Shown here: in pieces, positions 21,958 through 34,223 of the stretch
Layout of the letters: each line of letters begins with the position of its first letter
Position numbering within the stretch: the first letter of the stretch is position 1
Sequence record: OZ196593.1
Length of the DNA stretch: 64,000 nt
Strand: one strand, 5' to 3'
The notes under the pieces: generated by a model
Databases searched by the model: none
What the model was told of the DNA's origin: nothing
Seen by the model: the letters and a program-made list of their open reading frames with translations, nothing else
Program-made: the position numbers and the translations under genes

Positions 21958-22964
21958 TATCTGGTTATTTTTCTTCGTGCTGCCATTCGTGATTGTTGCA
22001 GTTGTAACAGTCACGTGTCGATACGCATTCATGATTGAATTCAACGCACGCAAGCCATTGCAGATGTTGCAAACATTCAAATATCGATTGCTGTTCACGA
22101 AAGAACAATGGGAGGATTTCCAAAATGATGGTCGCGACGATCTATGGTGGGAATTCGGACTATGGTTCATGTTCGATTTAATTCTATTCGGCGTGCTGAT
22201 TATGATCGCTGATTTAGTAACCGCAATTCCATTGATCATTGCACTTAGCTTCATGGTCATTCGTTCACTTATTATCGGGGTTAGAAAATTATGATTTCTA
22301 AAATTGCACTGCTTTTATACACCCTAAACCTCGCGATTCCGATTATTGTAATCACAGCCGAAGTGATCATCAATTTCAGTCTTCGCACTAAGCTAAACTG
22401 GTCGAAGCCCGTTATCAAATATCAGGGCATGAAGTACAATCGCTTCGGGCGCGTCGTAGATGCAGCCGACGCTTTTATTAGCTGCATATGGCTCGATGTT
22501 ATCGTGGGTGGTGTTGTGTTATTCGCAACATTGTTTCTTCTCAACTTCGCACCGTGGGCGCTTGCTCTAATTGCTACCCCATTTGTTCTTCGTTACCTAA
22601 CTAGAGGCAAAAAATAATGCTCATTTTTATTCTTTCAACAATCGGCATTGTGTATTTGGCAAACGCGTTATTATTTCCAATCTTGAGCTTGCTTGAGCTT
22701 CTATACAACTTCAGTTTCATGAAGAACTCAGAACGCATTCGCGATACTCACTTGAAATATCAGAATGTCAAGTATGGGTGGATTGAAGATGGTCTGTACA
22801 CTCACGACGACGCGTGGTTCACTGCGATAGTCTTCGATATGCTCATTATTGGTATCATGACACCGATATTCATGATGATTGTTTTAAATGTACCGTGGAT
22901 TGTGCTTGCAATCGCAACTCCATTCGTGCTAAGATTCATCACGAAACTTAGAAAAAGGAAATAA
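21944..22964 (+). other. Three tandem paralogous small membrane proteins (21944-22294, 22291-22617, 22617-22964)
   Basis: Shared layout TM-KY..-DD/DA-(W/F)..D..TM-PW..AIATPFVLR. Confidence 0.75.
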
Positions 22965-22965
22965 C

Positions 22966-23226
22966 ATGTGTCTTAACAACATTTCAACCGAAACACTGAA
23001 AGCTGAAATCGCACGACGTGAGCGCGAAGAAAAGCTCAACAACGAGTTTGTACCGATGTCACCGATGACAGATTTCGAACGTAAGATCGTTCAATCTGCC
23101 ACAGAAGATATGCAAACACTGATTCTAGGTGACGAAGTTGACACGCAATACACATACGAAGCTGTAATGAAAGCAGTATACGGTGATAATGTGTTTGATA
23201 AAATCAACAAACTAATCCGCGACTAA
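22966..23226 (+). CDS. Hypothetical protein
   Basis: 86-aa ORF in the operon. Confidence 0.65.
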   Translation: MCLNNISTETLKAEIARREREEKLNNEFVPMSPMTDFERKIVQSATEDMQTLILGDEVDTQYTYEAVMKAVYGDNVFDKINKLIRD

Positions 23227-23249
23227 TCTAAACTTGTGAGAACTATATT

Positions 23250-23948
23250 ATGTATGATTTTTTATTCAATATTCAACACACTCTATTCACTATTGCTGAT
23301 TATCCAGTAAGTGGTCTAGAGTTATGGGCTACATTAACGGGTCTGATCTGTGTAGTAATGGCGCGCATGAACTTGCGTCACAACTTCACAGTCGGTATCG
23401 TCAACTGTATTGGCTTTGCTATCTTGCTCTTCCAAGTGCAATTGTATAGCGACGTGCTACTGCAAGGCTTCTTTATCTTGGCAAGTATCTACGGTTTTGT
23501 GCAGTGGAGCAAGAAAGACGCGAACGAAGTACCGATTACGTACTTGAATATGACTCAATGGCGTATCTCAATCATTGCAACACTCGTAGGTACGATGGCA
23601 TTAGCATACTTCATTGACCCGATTATGAACGCAAGTGGTAGCTTACTAGTGAGCGACTACACACATATCCCTGCTGAACTAGCGATGCGTGATGCGTTTA
23701 CGACGTGTGCAAGCATCATGGCGTTCGCTCTAATGTGTCAGCGTAAAGTCGAAGCATGGTTCTATTGGGTTGCTGTGAACGTTGTGTGCATCTTCAACTA
23801 CGCTACACAAGGTGTAATTGTGCTTGCTGCTGAATACGCTGTGTTCTTAATCAACGCAATCTGGGCGCTTTGGGCTTGGCATACGACTGCACATGACAAC
23901 GCAATCGCTCAAGGTAAAGAATTAGAGTTCATGAAAGAGCAAATCTAA
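23250..23948 (+). CDS. pnuC: Nicotinamide riboside transporter PnuC
   Basis: Multi-TM; LE..A...G..CV, YGFVQW, DAFTT..SI.A..LM.QRKVE.WFYWV..N motifs. Confidence 0.93.
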   Translation: MYDFLFNIQHTLFTIADYPVSGLELWATLTGLICVVMARMNLRHNFTVGIVNCIGFAILLFQVQLYSDVLLQGFFILASIYGFVQWSKKDANEVPITYLNMTQWRISIIATLVGTMALAYFIDPIMNASGSLLVSDYTHIPAELAMRDAFTTCASIMAFALMCQRKVEAWFYWVAVNVVCIFNYATQGVIVLAAEYAVFLINAIWALWAWHTTAHDNAIAQGKELEFMKEQI

Positions 23949-24887
23949 TGAAAAGACTAGTATTACGCGATGAATTCGAAGGCAGTACGCATGAGCAGAT
24001 GGGTAATCTGAACTATGTCTTCGAAAAAGTGCAACCATATTGGGATGAATGCTCGATGCTAGACAACGAAGAACGCTTTCGTCTAGCTCAGTGTCATGCA
24101 ATGTGCATACGTACCGTGCTTCGCAACGCAATCATTGATGGTAATCGATGGAAGATCATGAGGCGTCTACAGCAAGAAGAAGCTGACAGACGCGGTCATG
24201 GCGACCCAGGCAAGCTTTACTTGTACTACCCACACCATCTTGTCGATGAAGAATACCCGCTGCACCAGACCTTTCACGTGTCGTATTGCGAGAAAGATGT
24301 AGTAAACATCGAAAAAGCACTGCGCGTTAGCAAGTACGCAGGTGGTTATAAACTACCTGCTGACCGCATGATGCACGTCGAGACGATGGAAGAAGTGTTC
24401 AACGAAATGCGATTCAAGCTGAAACGCAGATTCTTAATGTAGAGGCTAACATGTTACTAGAAACAGTATACCACTTGATGAACGACAATGTATATACAAC
24501 ACTCGCGGTGATCATTGCACTTACCGCAGCGATTATGGTTGGTATCGAGACCAAGATACCTGTTTTAATCTTCATTCCGACTGTGCTGTTTACGTTTCTA
24601 GGGACTGTCGGTCTGTTCTATGTGCCAATAGGAGCACTATCATGAGCTTACCAAGCAACGCACAATTCTTTAAAGTACGCCCTTGTGGTGAACGAGTACA
24701 CGTAGGCAATATGTTTTGCAACTGCGGATGGTACTATAACGAAGACCACTTATTAGGTGACCTTGCAGATGAGATAGAACATAGTAAGATTGTCAACGGC
24801 ACGATGAAGAAAGACATCGAGTGGGATTACCTTGTAGCCTATGGTTATGCACACTCGAAAGAAAAAGTTTTAAGTTATTTGCAATAA
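23948..24887 (+). other. Hypothetical CDS 23948-24442, 24451-24645 (TM), 24642-24887
   Basis: Coupled ORFs. Confidence 0.7.
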
Positions 24888-24891
24888 ACGG

Positions 24892-24920
24892 TTGCGCGTT
24901 GTTTCGAAAAAGCCTAATAT
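24892..24920 (+). promoter_or_regulatory. sigma70-type early promoter
   Basis: TTGCGC-17-TAATAT; leader AGCTCTATCGAAAC...GAGAGAACATTATG (ATG 24958). Confidence 0.85.
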
Positions 24921-24957
24921 AGCTCTATCGAAACAACGCAGCACAAGAGAGAACATT

Positions 24958-27784
24958 ATGAAAACACATCTACGCGACAATGCGACAACTAGTGTCGACC
25001 ACATTGAACTTGATATCACAACTGAAGTTCTCGGCTGGTTTAACAATCAGTACAATCGCGCAGACGGTTGGGTTATTGTCGACCTCGATGAGTTTGAGCG
25101 CATTATGCTTGAGCACGCGAATATCGACCACTCAGACGTGTATCGCGTTATGACTGACGACCGCACGAGCTTGTGTCGCATCAATGTAGAAAGCGAATCA
25201 TATGCTTTCCTCGACAATGCGGAATATATGGAAACGGGTATGCTTCGTTTCGAACGACTATCGAAGTACACTAGCTTGTACATCGATTCACACAACGCAC
25301 TATTAACGCGAGGCAAATAATATGCTTAAACTAACAACTTTCAATCAAGAATTCGTCGTGCAAGTTGGCATGGCAATTCGAATTCAAAACGTACGCACTG
25401 AACAAGTCTTCACTGCGCATGTTGGTCTTATTCGCGGCACTAACGTAGCAGTGTTCGAAGAAGATGCAATCTATGTATTCAGTGCCGACGACCGTTTAGA
25501 CGACACTGAAATGTTTCAACTTGCTGACAAAGCAACTCTATCACATCACTAAGAGGTAATATTATGTTTGGATTTATTGGCGACGCTATCGACTCTGCTG
25601 TAGACTCTGTATCAAATACTGTAGATGACTTTGTACACGATCCAGTTGGTACGACTGTAGACATGGCTCTATCGCCTGTTTACAACGCTGCTGACGTTCT
25701 AGATGGGCTGACAGAAGGCGAGATTCGCGTAATGGCTGCTGCTAAACTAGGCGCTGACGTTGCGGCTGGGATGGCAATGTCTGAAATCATCGAAGCACTT
25801 TCTGAATAGGTGACTGTATGTTGAAAGCTACGACGAAATTTCAAATCTTTATGTCATTCTTGATGATGTGGCTGTCATGGGATTGGTTTAGTATCAATCA
25901 CGCGACCGATGCGATACCATACTTCATTGCAATCATTCCGGGTGTTATGTGTGGCATGGCGATTCAATCAAGCATCAACGACTTGGGAGATTATTTGAAT
26001 GATAAGCGTAGTAATTAGACTACTGGCAAGTGTTGTGATGTGCTTAGTTGCACCACTTGCATATGCAAACGCAGGTAGTATCGGTGTGATATCGGCAACA
26101 CTTGCAATCACTGCGATCAACTCATCGCTATTTTTAGACTTTAAACGATTAATGGACAAACAATGAAACGAGCATTTATAGAGGCAGGCATCGGTGGTAT
26201 GTCACTTGTAGGCGTACATGGCGAATACCCATACGGTCACGGTAATTACTGCACTAATACACAAGGCTACTACTTCACCAATATCTGGGCAGAGAACTTA
26301 GAACACGTGCGCGATGTGCTGAATCTATTGCCAGATGGTAAGATAGAAGTTCTACTGTTTCGCGGTGAGTCTAAAACAAACTACGTGTATGCCTACGTTA
26401 TAGACGAGCGTGTGCCGAAAGAAGCGTTACATGCTCCTTACTTCTGTGGTATTAAGACAAACACAGATATTATTCGACATCACTACGACATCCCTGACGA
26501 CAAATGTCTGTGCGATTTTGACGATCTCAAGTTACTCAGTTTCCGTTCGTCAAACAACAAAGGTCGTATCAAAGCGTCATGCTACGAGTGCGATACTGTC
26601 TTCGAATTTCAGCGCGTTAGAGCAACTGGCGTATATCGTGTGCAGAAAGCTACCGATGATGGTTGGAATCGATGGGTACTCGCGTGGTTTGACGACGGGA
26701 CTTTCCGACAACTACCGGATATGGTCGAGCTGTTCCCTAGCGACATCATCAAAGTTGACGTTGAGCGCGTGCATGAATTCGGTAGCGGTGCTGAACAAAG
26801 TGGCGCGGTTGCCGTAGATGATTTCTTGTTTAACGGAATCGTTAGCAAAGATGTGAAACAATTGTAACAAAAATCGGCGTTCCTGCGGAGCTAGTGTCTT
26901 GCAGACACTTGGCTCCTTGGCGAGGTAAAGATGAACGAGGTAAATCTTATGGGTAAAGTTCTTGATGCACGAGGCAACGAGTATGATCTTGATGCTTTAT
27001 ATCGCATAACACCCGCGCACATAAGCAGCGTATATCGTGAACCATCATACATTGGCAAAGTTACTGCTGATTTTGACTTCGCGTACAACGATGTTGAAGA
27101 AATCGAAGATGCGAAGATCGGTACGATCAAGCGTCAGCCACCACAGCTTGAGTTCGGTCATGTGTATTCGTTCGTTCTTCTAGCAGATGGTAATCGCGCA
27201 GTTGGTATTTGGCACGGCTCTGAAGTTGGCTTTGCATGTGGTCCCGTTTACGTAACCAAGTCTGAAATCGACTGTTACACAATCAAGAGAATGAATAATG
27301 CACTTTAGTATTGAACAACTAGACCAAATCGAGAACAACTATCGCGTAGTTGATACAATCAATGTAGGTGAGCGTAAAGGTTCACCGCAAGCGAAGTACG
27401 TAATCGAAATCACTAAGGGCGATTACTGGCATGGCGGCATGAATGAAATGCAGTACGTCGATGATGAACTCGTCGGTCACTGGATTCTTGAATACGCTGT
27501 TGACCCATATTGGGATGGCGTCGATAAATGCGTCAAGACTGACGAATGGACTCGCGCTAGAGAAGTGACTGTAACTACATGGGTGGCGGCAGATGAAGTG
27601 TGAATGTTGCGGTGACCCTGACGGCTCAAGTGATGGCGTAGGCATGATTCTATGTGATGATTGCTATTACAATGGCTATCGCGGTGATTCTCGTGCGACT
27701 ACTGGTCAGACTGAGAAAGGTCAAACTGTATTCGTACCTGCAAGCCTGTTAGAAAAAGTGAAAGATGTATTGAAAAAGGGTTGA
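24958..27784 (+). other. Array of hypothetical CDS: 24958-25320, 25322-25552, 25564-25809, 25818-26018 (TM), small TM ORF near 26000-26165, 26163-26867, 26931-27308, 27298-27603, 27593-27784 (CxxC)
   Basis: Coupled plus-strand ORFs. Confidence 0.7.
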
Positions 27785-27810
27785 CTTCGGTCAACCCTTT
27801 GCTGTATTCT
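27775..27810 (+). promoter_or_regulatory. UUCG terminator hairpin fused with early promoter
   Basis: AAAGGGTTGAC-TTCG-GTCAACCCTTT contains the -35 TTGACT; TATTCT at 27805. Confidence 0.75.
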
Positions 27811-27841
27811 ACGTATACGAAATCAAAACGGAGAACGAAAC

Positions 27842-28850
27842 ATGAAACTTGAACAGATTAATTGGCTGTGGGATGACAACGAACGTCGTCACCATAAACG
27901 CGTATACGACTTCGTTAGCGAAATCGACGGTACTGGTATTCGTCTACTTGTGAATCGTCACAATCAATACGACTTGAAAGCCGTTCACCCTGAAGTTCCA
28001 ATGTGCGATGCATTCGAAATCGAAGAAGAAATCGACGCGACTATCAGCTTCCACAAGCAAAGCTACACAGTTGTTGAAGTAACTCGCGACTCATTCAGCG
28101 TAATGTTCTCTGAGCGTGCTTCTCCGCGTACTATTGAAGATGTGACCACACTTATCAACGATTGCTCTTATCAGTGGTCTGAGCAGCGCATAGAGACGCT
28201 CACGCAGCGTTACGCTATCGTTTGGAACTCACATCAACAAGGTTACATGATTGACACGGTAGTTTATGATAGGGATTGGTCATGAGTGTATCATTGTTTG
28301 AAGTATTCGTGTTCTTCGCATCGGTGATTGCACTGGTTGGTATTCACGCGCTCATGTGCAAGTGGTCAGACAGTTGCGCACACGATTGGATCACCGTGAT
28401 AAACGAGACTACGAAAAGTCAAGGTGAGTTGTACGGTGAAGCAACGGGACGAGTGCCATCACCCAAAACATCATATCAACTTGAAGAATTAACGAAGCGC
28501 AAGCGCATTATCATTATGAAGTGCGCGAAGTGTGGTAAACTAGACAAAACAGTGGAGACGATCTAATGCAATACACAGTAGACTTTCTAAACAAAACACT
28601 AGAAGATTTGAAAAGCCAACAACTCGGTTGGGTAGTTGCACGCGACGAGAAGCAAGGCGACGATCTCACACGCGTTGATGGCATTCTCGCTGAACTGTCA
28701 GTCAAGGTGACATCGCTTGAGCATGACCTTGCAATTATCAAAGCGTCACGCGGTCTGAACGCGAAGTACGTGAAGAATTTAGTTGACAATCATTATCGAC
28801 TTCATCATAATCTAGATGAGAATGACAATTTCATCGACGAGGCAAAATAA
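27842..28850 (+). other. Hypothetical CDS 27842-28285, 28282-28566 (TM plus CxxC), 28566-28850 (coiled coil)
   Basis: Coupled ORFs. Confidence 0.7.
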
Positions 28851-29623
28851 TGAGTATTGAAATCGAACGCAAATGGCTAGTATCGCCAGAACAATACCGT
28901 CACTTCGTGAGCAACTTGCTTAACGCTGAGAAACAGCAAATACAGCAACGTTACTTGCGACGCAAAGAATGCGTGTACAGTGGTGGTGCATTTTATCTAT
29001 TCCCGAATCACTCAGGTTACGACACCGTGATTCTACGTGCGCCAGAGGGCTGTCCAGACTTGTCAGGTCAAGATTTACGTAAGCTTGGTGCTCGTGTGCG
29101 ATTGTACACACCATCAAACAAAGGTGAATTCACTGTCAAGTTGCCAATCGGTAAAGGCGTGAAGCACGAAATCAACATCAAATTCGATGCCATCGACTTG
29201 ATTGTAGATGCAGCGCGTGAAGATTACGATGCACGTGACACTGCCGCGACCGGTTTCATTCACAAGATTCGTTGGTCAGAGAAAGTCGATGACATTCAAT
29301 ACGACTGTGATCGATTCAAGAATCGCCCGTATCGCATCATCGAAGCTGAGTTCAAGTCAATCGAAGCAGCGAACGAGTACGAGCCATGCTTTGATTACAT
29401 TCGTGAAGTCACAGACGACAAAGCATTCGCGAACAAAAACATGGCGTTTGCATTGAACGAACTCGACATCTTGAAGCACAACATCGAGATCTTTTGTAAA
29501 GAACTTGACGACGAAGCGACGTACTTCACTGAAGAGCGCGAAGATGTCAGCTACAAAACACACGCACATCAGTTAAAGATGACTGCGCGTAAACTACGAC
29601 TACTTACGGGGAACGATCAATGA
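28850..29623 (+). CDS. CYTH (triphosphate tunnel metalloenzyme) domain protein
   Basis: N-terminal EIERKWLV, RVRLY, TVK, IHKIR, IIEAEF, EVTDDKAFANKNMA. Confidence 0.85.
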   Translation: MSIEIERKWLVSPEQYRHFVSNLLNAEKQQIQQRYLRRKECVYSGGAFYLFPNHSGYDTVILRAPEGCPDLSGQDLRKLGARVRLYTPSNKGEFTVKLPIGKGVKHEINIKFDAIDLIVDAAREDYDARDTAATGFIHKIRWSEKVDDIQYDCDRFKNRPYRIIEAEFKSIEAANEYEPCFDYIREVTDDKAFANKNMAFALNELDILKHNIEIFCKELDDEATYFTEEREDVSYKTHAHQLKMTARKLRLLTGNDQ

Positions 29624-31766
29624 GAGTTCATGCAATCGAAATCAACAATCTGACAACTGGCATGATGTGCGGTGGCGTGACTCAACAAGGTAGCTTGAAC
29701 TTTAAAGTTGACCGCATTCCCGCTGAAGCAATTTATGAACGTCACGGCAAGTTTCTGATCAGCAATACCGATGGTGTATGGCGTCATTTCACTATCGGCA
29801 GTCAAGGCGGCTTTGCAGGTCGCACGTTCAAGCTGAAGATGAAAGGCGGCAAAGTGTTCAAAGACAAGGGTTGGCACTACGAAGAGTTTGAAGGTAACTT
29901 GTGGGATTCTGCGGCTGGTCATGAGAAGTGCGAAGAACTTGCAGGCAGTCAACTGATCTCTATCGCGTTGCGTGCGTCTAGTGATCGCTGTCAAGTATAC
30001 TGTGGTGGTTATCTGTTCAGCTTAGAAGAAGTGATTCGTAAAATCGGTCACCTTGTTACACTGAGCAACCCAACTCAAAACCAATTCATCGACTTTGGTG
30101 GCTAATATGAATCAGTTTTTTAAATTAACAGAAGCGGGTCGCGTGAAAATTAGCAAATTTCTCACGGACGATGAAAAACTGTGCGCGGAAATTTCTGCGT
30201 ATAAAGATCTCATCGAAGAGCTAGAAGCATTGCGCCACGAAAAGGCTGGTGATGTTAGTGGTGAAATTTCACACATCTCACCCGCGTCTCTCATCTATAT
30301 GTCTGAGCTGTATCAATCGCGTGATGATATTACGGACAAGCGAGAAGAAGAGAACAGACATCTTAACGTTGCATGGGAGGCTTGCAATGAACGCAGATCC
30401 TAATAAGCGACTTGAACGACGAGTCGCTGAACTCGAACGTCAAGTTCGAATGCTAATGAGAGTTCCAAAAGAAAGGCTTGGTACTCGCGATCCCGATTAC
30501 ATAATCGAAGACGACTTTGTAGAAATGCACGAAGCGGACAATCACTTCGATGCGTTTCGCATTAAAGCCGAGTTAATCGCTGCACTGAGTCAGTCTTCAA
30601 TTAACTATCTTGAACTGACGTTTGAGAACTACCCTGAAGCTGCTCGATACAAGGTTTATCAGAATCATCTTATTCAAGAGACGAAGTTGACTGACGCAGA
30701 CCGTAAGAAGCTCGCTAAAACGCGCTATCTGCTCGCGTCAGAAGCGGAAGTGGGTGACGTGATAGAATGCCCGGGCTGTGGCACTAAAATCGCTAAGAAG
30801 ACGTATCAGCATCGTTTCTGTTCGCATAAGATTGTCGGTCAAAGCACTTGCAAAGACTTCATCAACAATTGGTTCAATCCCAAGCGTCTTGAGCGCACGT
30901 TAAAATGGTTGGAAAGCTAATGTTCGGAATATTCAAAAAGAAAAAATGGTTCGTTGTTGGGCGTTCTGAAAATCTCGACTTATGGACGGTGACACATGAC
31001 AGACCACAAGTGAAATGTCGTCTATTGCTTCTAGCGTCTGAGTGTGGTAGCCGCGACTACGTGCTTGATATGCTCGACGCATCGCCTAGCAAATTCAATT
31101 CGTCCATTCGCTACTGCATGATTGATCAGATCATCCCACGCGAATACGTACATAAGTTCTTGAATGGGTGGACTACTGACAAGATTAACCGCGTACACGG
31201 TCAGAAAGTGTTCAACATCGAGAAGACCCCATACGAATCATTCAAATCGTGGAGGTAGCTAATGCCAAGTACCACTTATGTTTGTTTTGATTGTCGCACG
31301 ACGAAGCGTTCTATAACTGAGCGTTTCTGGCATCACGTATCGCACGCTGATCCGTCATTGACGTGTCAACATTGTCGCGGTGAAATGAAACCGTTGTCTA
31401 GCAGTCACGCGATACCAAAGAAGAGCGACGACAAAGCATGGAGAGCTTTGATGCAGCACGTAAGCCAACTGCGCATCAAACAAGAAGCTGAAAACCGTTG
31501 GCGAAATCATAACAGATGCGTGAGGTTACGCGATGAAGCACAGAATAGTACATCTTAAAGACGGTCTTGGTATAGACGTGTATCGTCTTCAGTATAAAAC
31601 GACTTTCTTTCCATTCTGGCGATGGGTGAAAGGTCACGGAGAAGGCGGATCGTACGGGATTCGTGAGTTCATGACATCAACGACCGCAGAACAGCATATC
31701 ACGACTCGATTGAATCGAATCAAGAGTCGCAAGCTGCGCATAGTCGCATATCGAGAAGCACCTTAG
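29620..31766 (+). other. Hypothetical CDS 29620-30105, 30107-30403, 30387-30920 (C-terminal Zn ribbon), 30920-31258, 31262-31558 (CxxC/CxxC), 31533-31766
   Basis: Coupled ORFs; CPGCG...FCS..CKD and CFDCR...CQHCR motifs. Confidence 0.7.
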
Positions 31767-31778
31767 GGTGCTTTTTTT
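31756..31778 (+). terminator. Intrinsic terminator
   Basis: AAGCACC-TTAG-GGTGCTTTTTTT. Confidence 0.85.
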
Positions 31779-31798
31779 CGGTTTATTGAAAATAAAGC

Positions 31799-31827
31799 TT
31801 GCATCGTGTTTAGAATAAGCCTAATAT
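31799..31827 (+). promoter_or_regulatory. sigma70-type early promoter
   Basis: TTGCAT-17-TAATAT; leader CTATCGAAACGAAAC...GAGAGAACATTATG (ATG 31863). Confidence 0.85.
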
Positions 31828-31862
31828 GTGTCTATCGAAACGAAACACAGAGAGAGAACATT

Positions 31863-33818
31863 ATGATTCATCAAACTTCAGAACTAAACGAGCTAATCAC
31901 TTCAATCGTTCGCAAGCAACTTAAAGATAAAGAAATGACTTATGTTCATCTTTACCGCGAACCACGTAAGACTGAAACTCAGTCAAACATCGGTGGTAAG
32001 TCGATTCGCTTCTGTGGTGTTCGTACTCGTAACATTTCTTTCGAACGCTTGCAAACTGTACTATCAGACATCGATAACGAACTAGCGCAACACGGTTACA
32101 AAACACTGCTGCGTTCTATGGGCGGTCAGCGTTACTTCAATACGATTCAAGTAATGAGAGGTTAATATGATTGAGAAGCTTGAGCATATGCTAACCGTGG
32201 GTGATATCACGTACGGTTCGTCGTGGGATGAATTCATCAAACTCAATGACGACGATAAGATGATCGTTCTTAATGGCACTCTTAAAGATGGTAAGAAGCT
32301 GCCGACGTTTGAACACGAAGAGCTTGATCATGTTCTCGCTACGATTAAACAGTCATTATCTGACCGAGTGAGCGCAATCAATCCGTTGAATCGTTTCATC
32401 GTGATTCATTCAGATCACAAAAAATTCAAAGTTCGATTTGGTTACGGTGGTATTAGTAAATCACCTGCGAACTTTATTCATGAAATTGCAATTGGAGTTA
32501 AAAACAAATGATGGATCCCGAAGTAGATATGGACAACTGGTCTGAGTTGTCAAAAGATGAGCGTCGTGATCGTCGTCGTGCGATGAATGCAGAACGCGAT
32601 AAGATGCAAGATACAGTAGACGCACTGTGTGACGCACTGCGATACGATCTTGATAGCTATGAAGTTCATACGCACACAATCAAGTTCGACAACGGTACTG
32701 AACTGTGGCGTAGCGATTTGAGTCAAATCTGGACAGGTACGACTACTGAAACAGTATTCACGCACAAGCAAGCAAGAGAGATTTCAGATGCGTATATCGA
32801 GGGGCGTGAAACTAAGAAGACTCGCGCTCAAGAACAAATGCAAAAACGCTTCGCGCCTAAGCCGAAGAAAGAAAAGAAAACCCCGCCCGTTGAAATAGAA
32901 ACTAACGGAACTAATTTAGTCGATGACCGACCTTGGTGGAGATTTTGGTAATGAACGATACAAAAACAAAACTAGCACTTGCGATCAGTGCAATGAATGA
33001 ATTCGATGTTGATGTAACATACTCGGCAGCAAAAGAAACAGATCGCATGAATCGCGGCCCGAGTGTCATGCACGCTCTACCTGCAAACATCAAAGAAATG
33101 TGGAAGCATCGTGATGAGCTAAACGCTCGTATCGTACGCACAATTTACAACACTGGCATTACGATCAGAGAGGGACTTCAAGTAATCGATGATCCACTCG
33201 CTGCAATCGGTAAGCGCGTGTCTAAAAAATCAGGCAAGCCGTTCAAAGGTGGCGATGATGTTATCACCATTCATGGTGTAATCAAGCACCCGAACACAAA
33301 AGGTTATGCGTTCACTTACATGTACGTCGATGAACATGGGACTGCTCAGACTTCATACGTACATACATCAATGGTTAAAATCGACTTATCAGAATACACG
33401 GAGCTATTCAATGCTAACTAATCTAAGCACATTCATTCAAGACAACCCATTCAAAGCACTAGGTCTAGCACTTCTAATCGGTGTTGTTGGTACTAAAATC
33501 GTACAAGAGAATCCGCTTGAAGAAAAGCCATTACTCAAGTATCGAGTAGTGTACGAGCACACGGCAGAATACGGTCGCGAATGTGGCGATACTGGTCCCG
33601 GTTACTACTGGTTTGCACAAGAACTACACGAGGGCTTTCTGTCAGAGTCATGGGAACCTATGGGTTGGTGTGCTGACACAGAACGCAAAGCGATTGCAAA
33701 CGCTGAAGATGTAATCAAGAAGCGTGTTGAAACGATGAACTCTAAGAACAAAGTTTATCAAGCATGGGCAACTAAAGAAGACTCTGTTCGATTCGAACCG
33801 TTAAAGGTGGAAGAATGA
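31863..33818 (+). other. Hypothetical CDS 31863-32165, 32167-32511, 32508-32951, 32951-33421 (KSGKPFK motif), 33411-33818 (N-terminal TM)
   Basis: Coupled ORFs. Confidence 0.7.
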
Positions 33819-34144
33819 TTGAACTTCATATCTTAATTGCACTGTTCGCAGTGCATTTCATTGCTGATTTCTTCGTACAGACAGAACATCAAGCACTGAA
33901 CAAAAGCAAAAACATTTGGCCACTTACTCGTCACTGCATTACATACGGATTGTGTTTCTTACCATTCGGTGCAGTGTTCGCAATCTTAACTGGTATGCTG
34001 CATATCGTTGTTGATTATGCGACATCGCGAATGACAAGTAAGCTTTGGGCAAAAGGCGAGACTCGTAAATTCTTCCAAGTTATTGGGCTAGATCAGTTCT
34101 TACACGCGATTAGTTTAGTAACAGTTTACGTTATTTTGCAATAA
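33815..34144 (+). CDS. DUF3307-family integral membrane protein
   Basis: HFIADFFVQ, HCITY, LHIVVD and GLDQFLH His/Asp motifs. Confidence 0.8.
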   Translation: MIELHILIALFAVHFIADFFVQTEHQALNKSKNIWPLTRHCITYGLCFLPFGAVFAILTGMLHIVVDYATSRMTSKLWAKGETRKFFQVIGLDQFLHAISLVTVYVILQ

Positions 34145-34150
34145 TCGAGA

Positions 34151-34187
34151 TAAAGTGGTTGCGCATTGCAGCCACTTTCAGTATTAT
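34151..34187 (+). promoter_or_regulatory. Hairpin-embedded early promoter
   Basis: AAAGTGGTTGC-GCATT-GCAGCCACTTT holds TTGCGC (34159)-17-TATTAT; leader GAGAACATTATG (ATG 34224). Confidence 0.8.
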
Positions 34188-34223
34188 AGCTCTACTTCCA
34201 GTGAACTTAAACAAGAGAACATT

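Noticed and set aside
26851-26870. TGTGA at 26852 as a further CRP box
   Set aside because: The right half (TGTAA) does not match TCACA and no promoter follows
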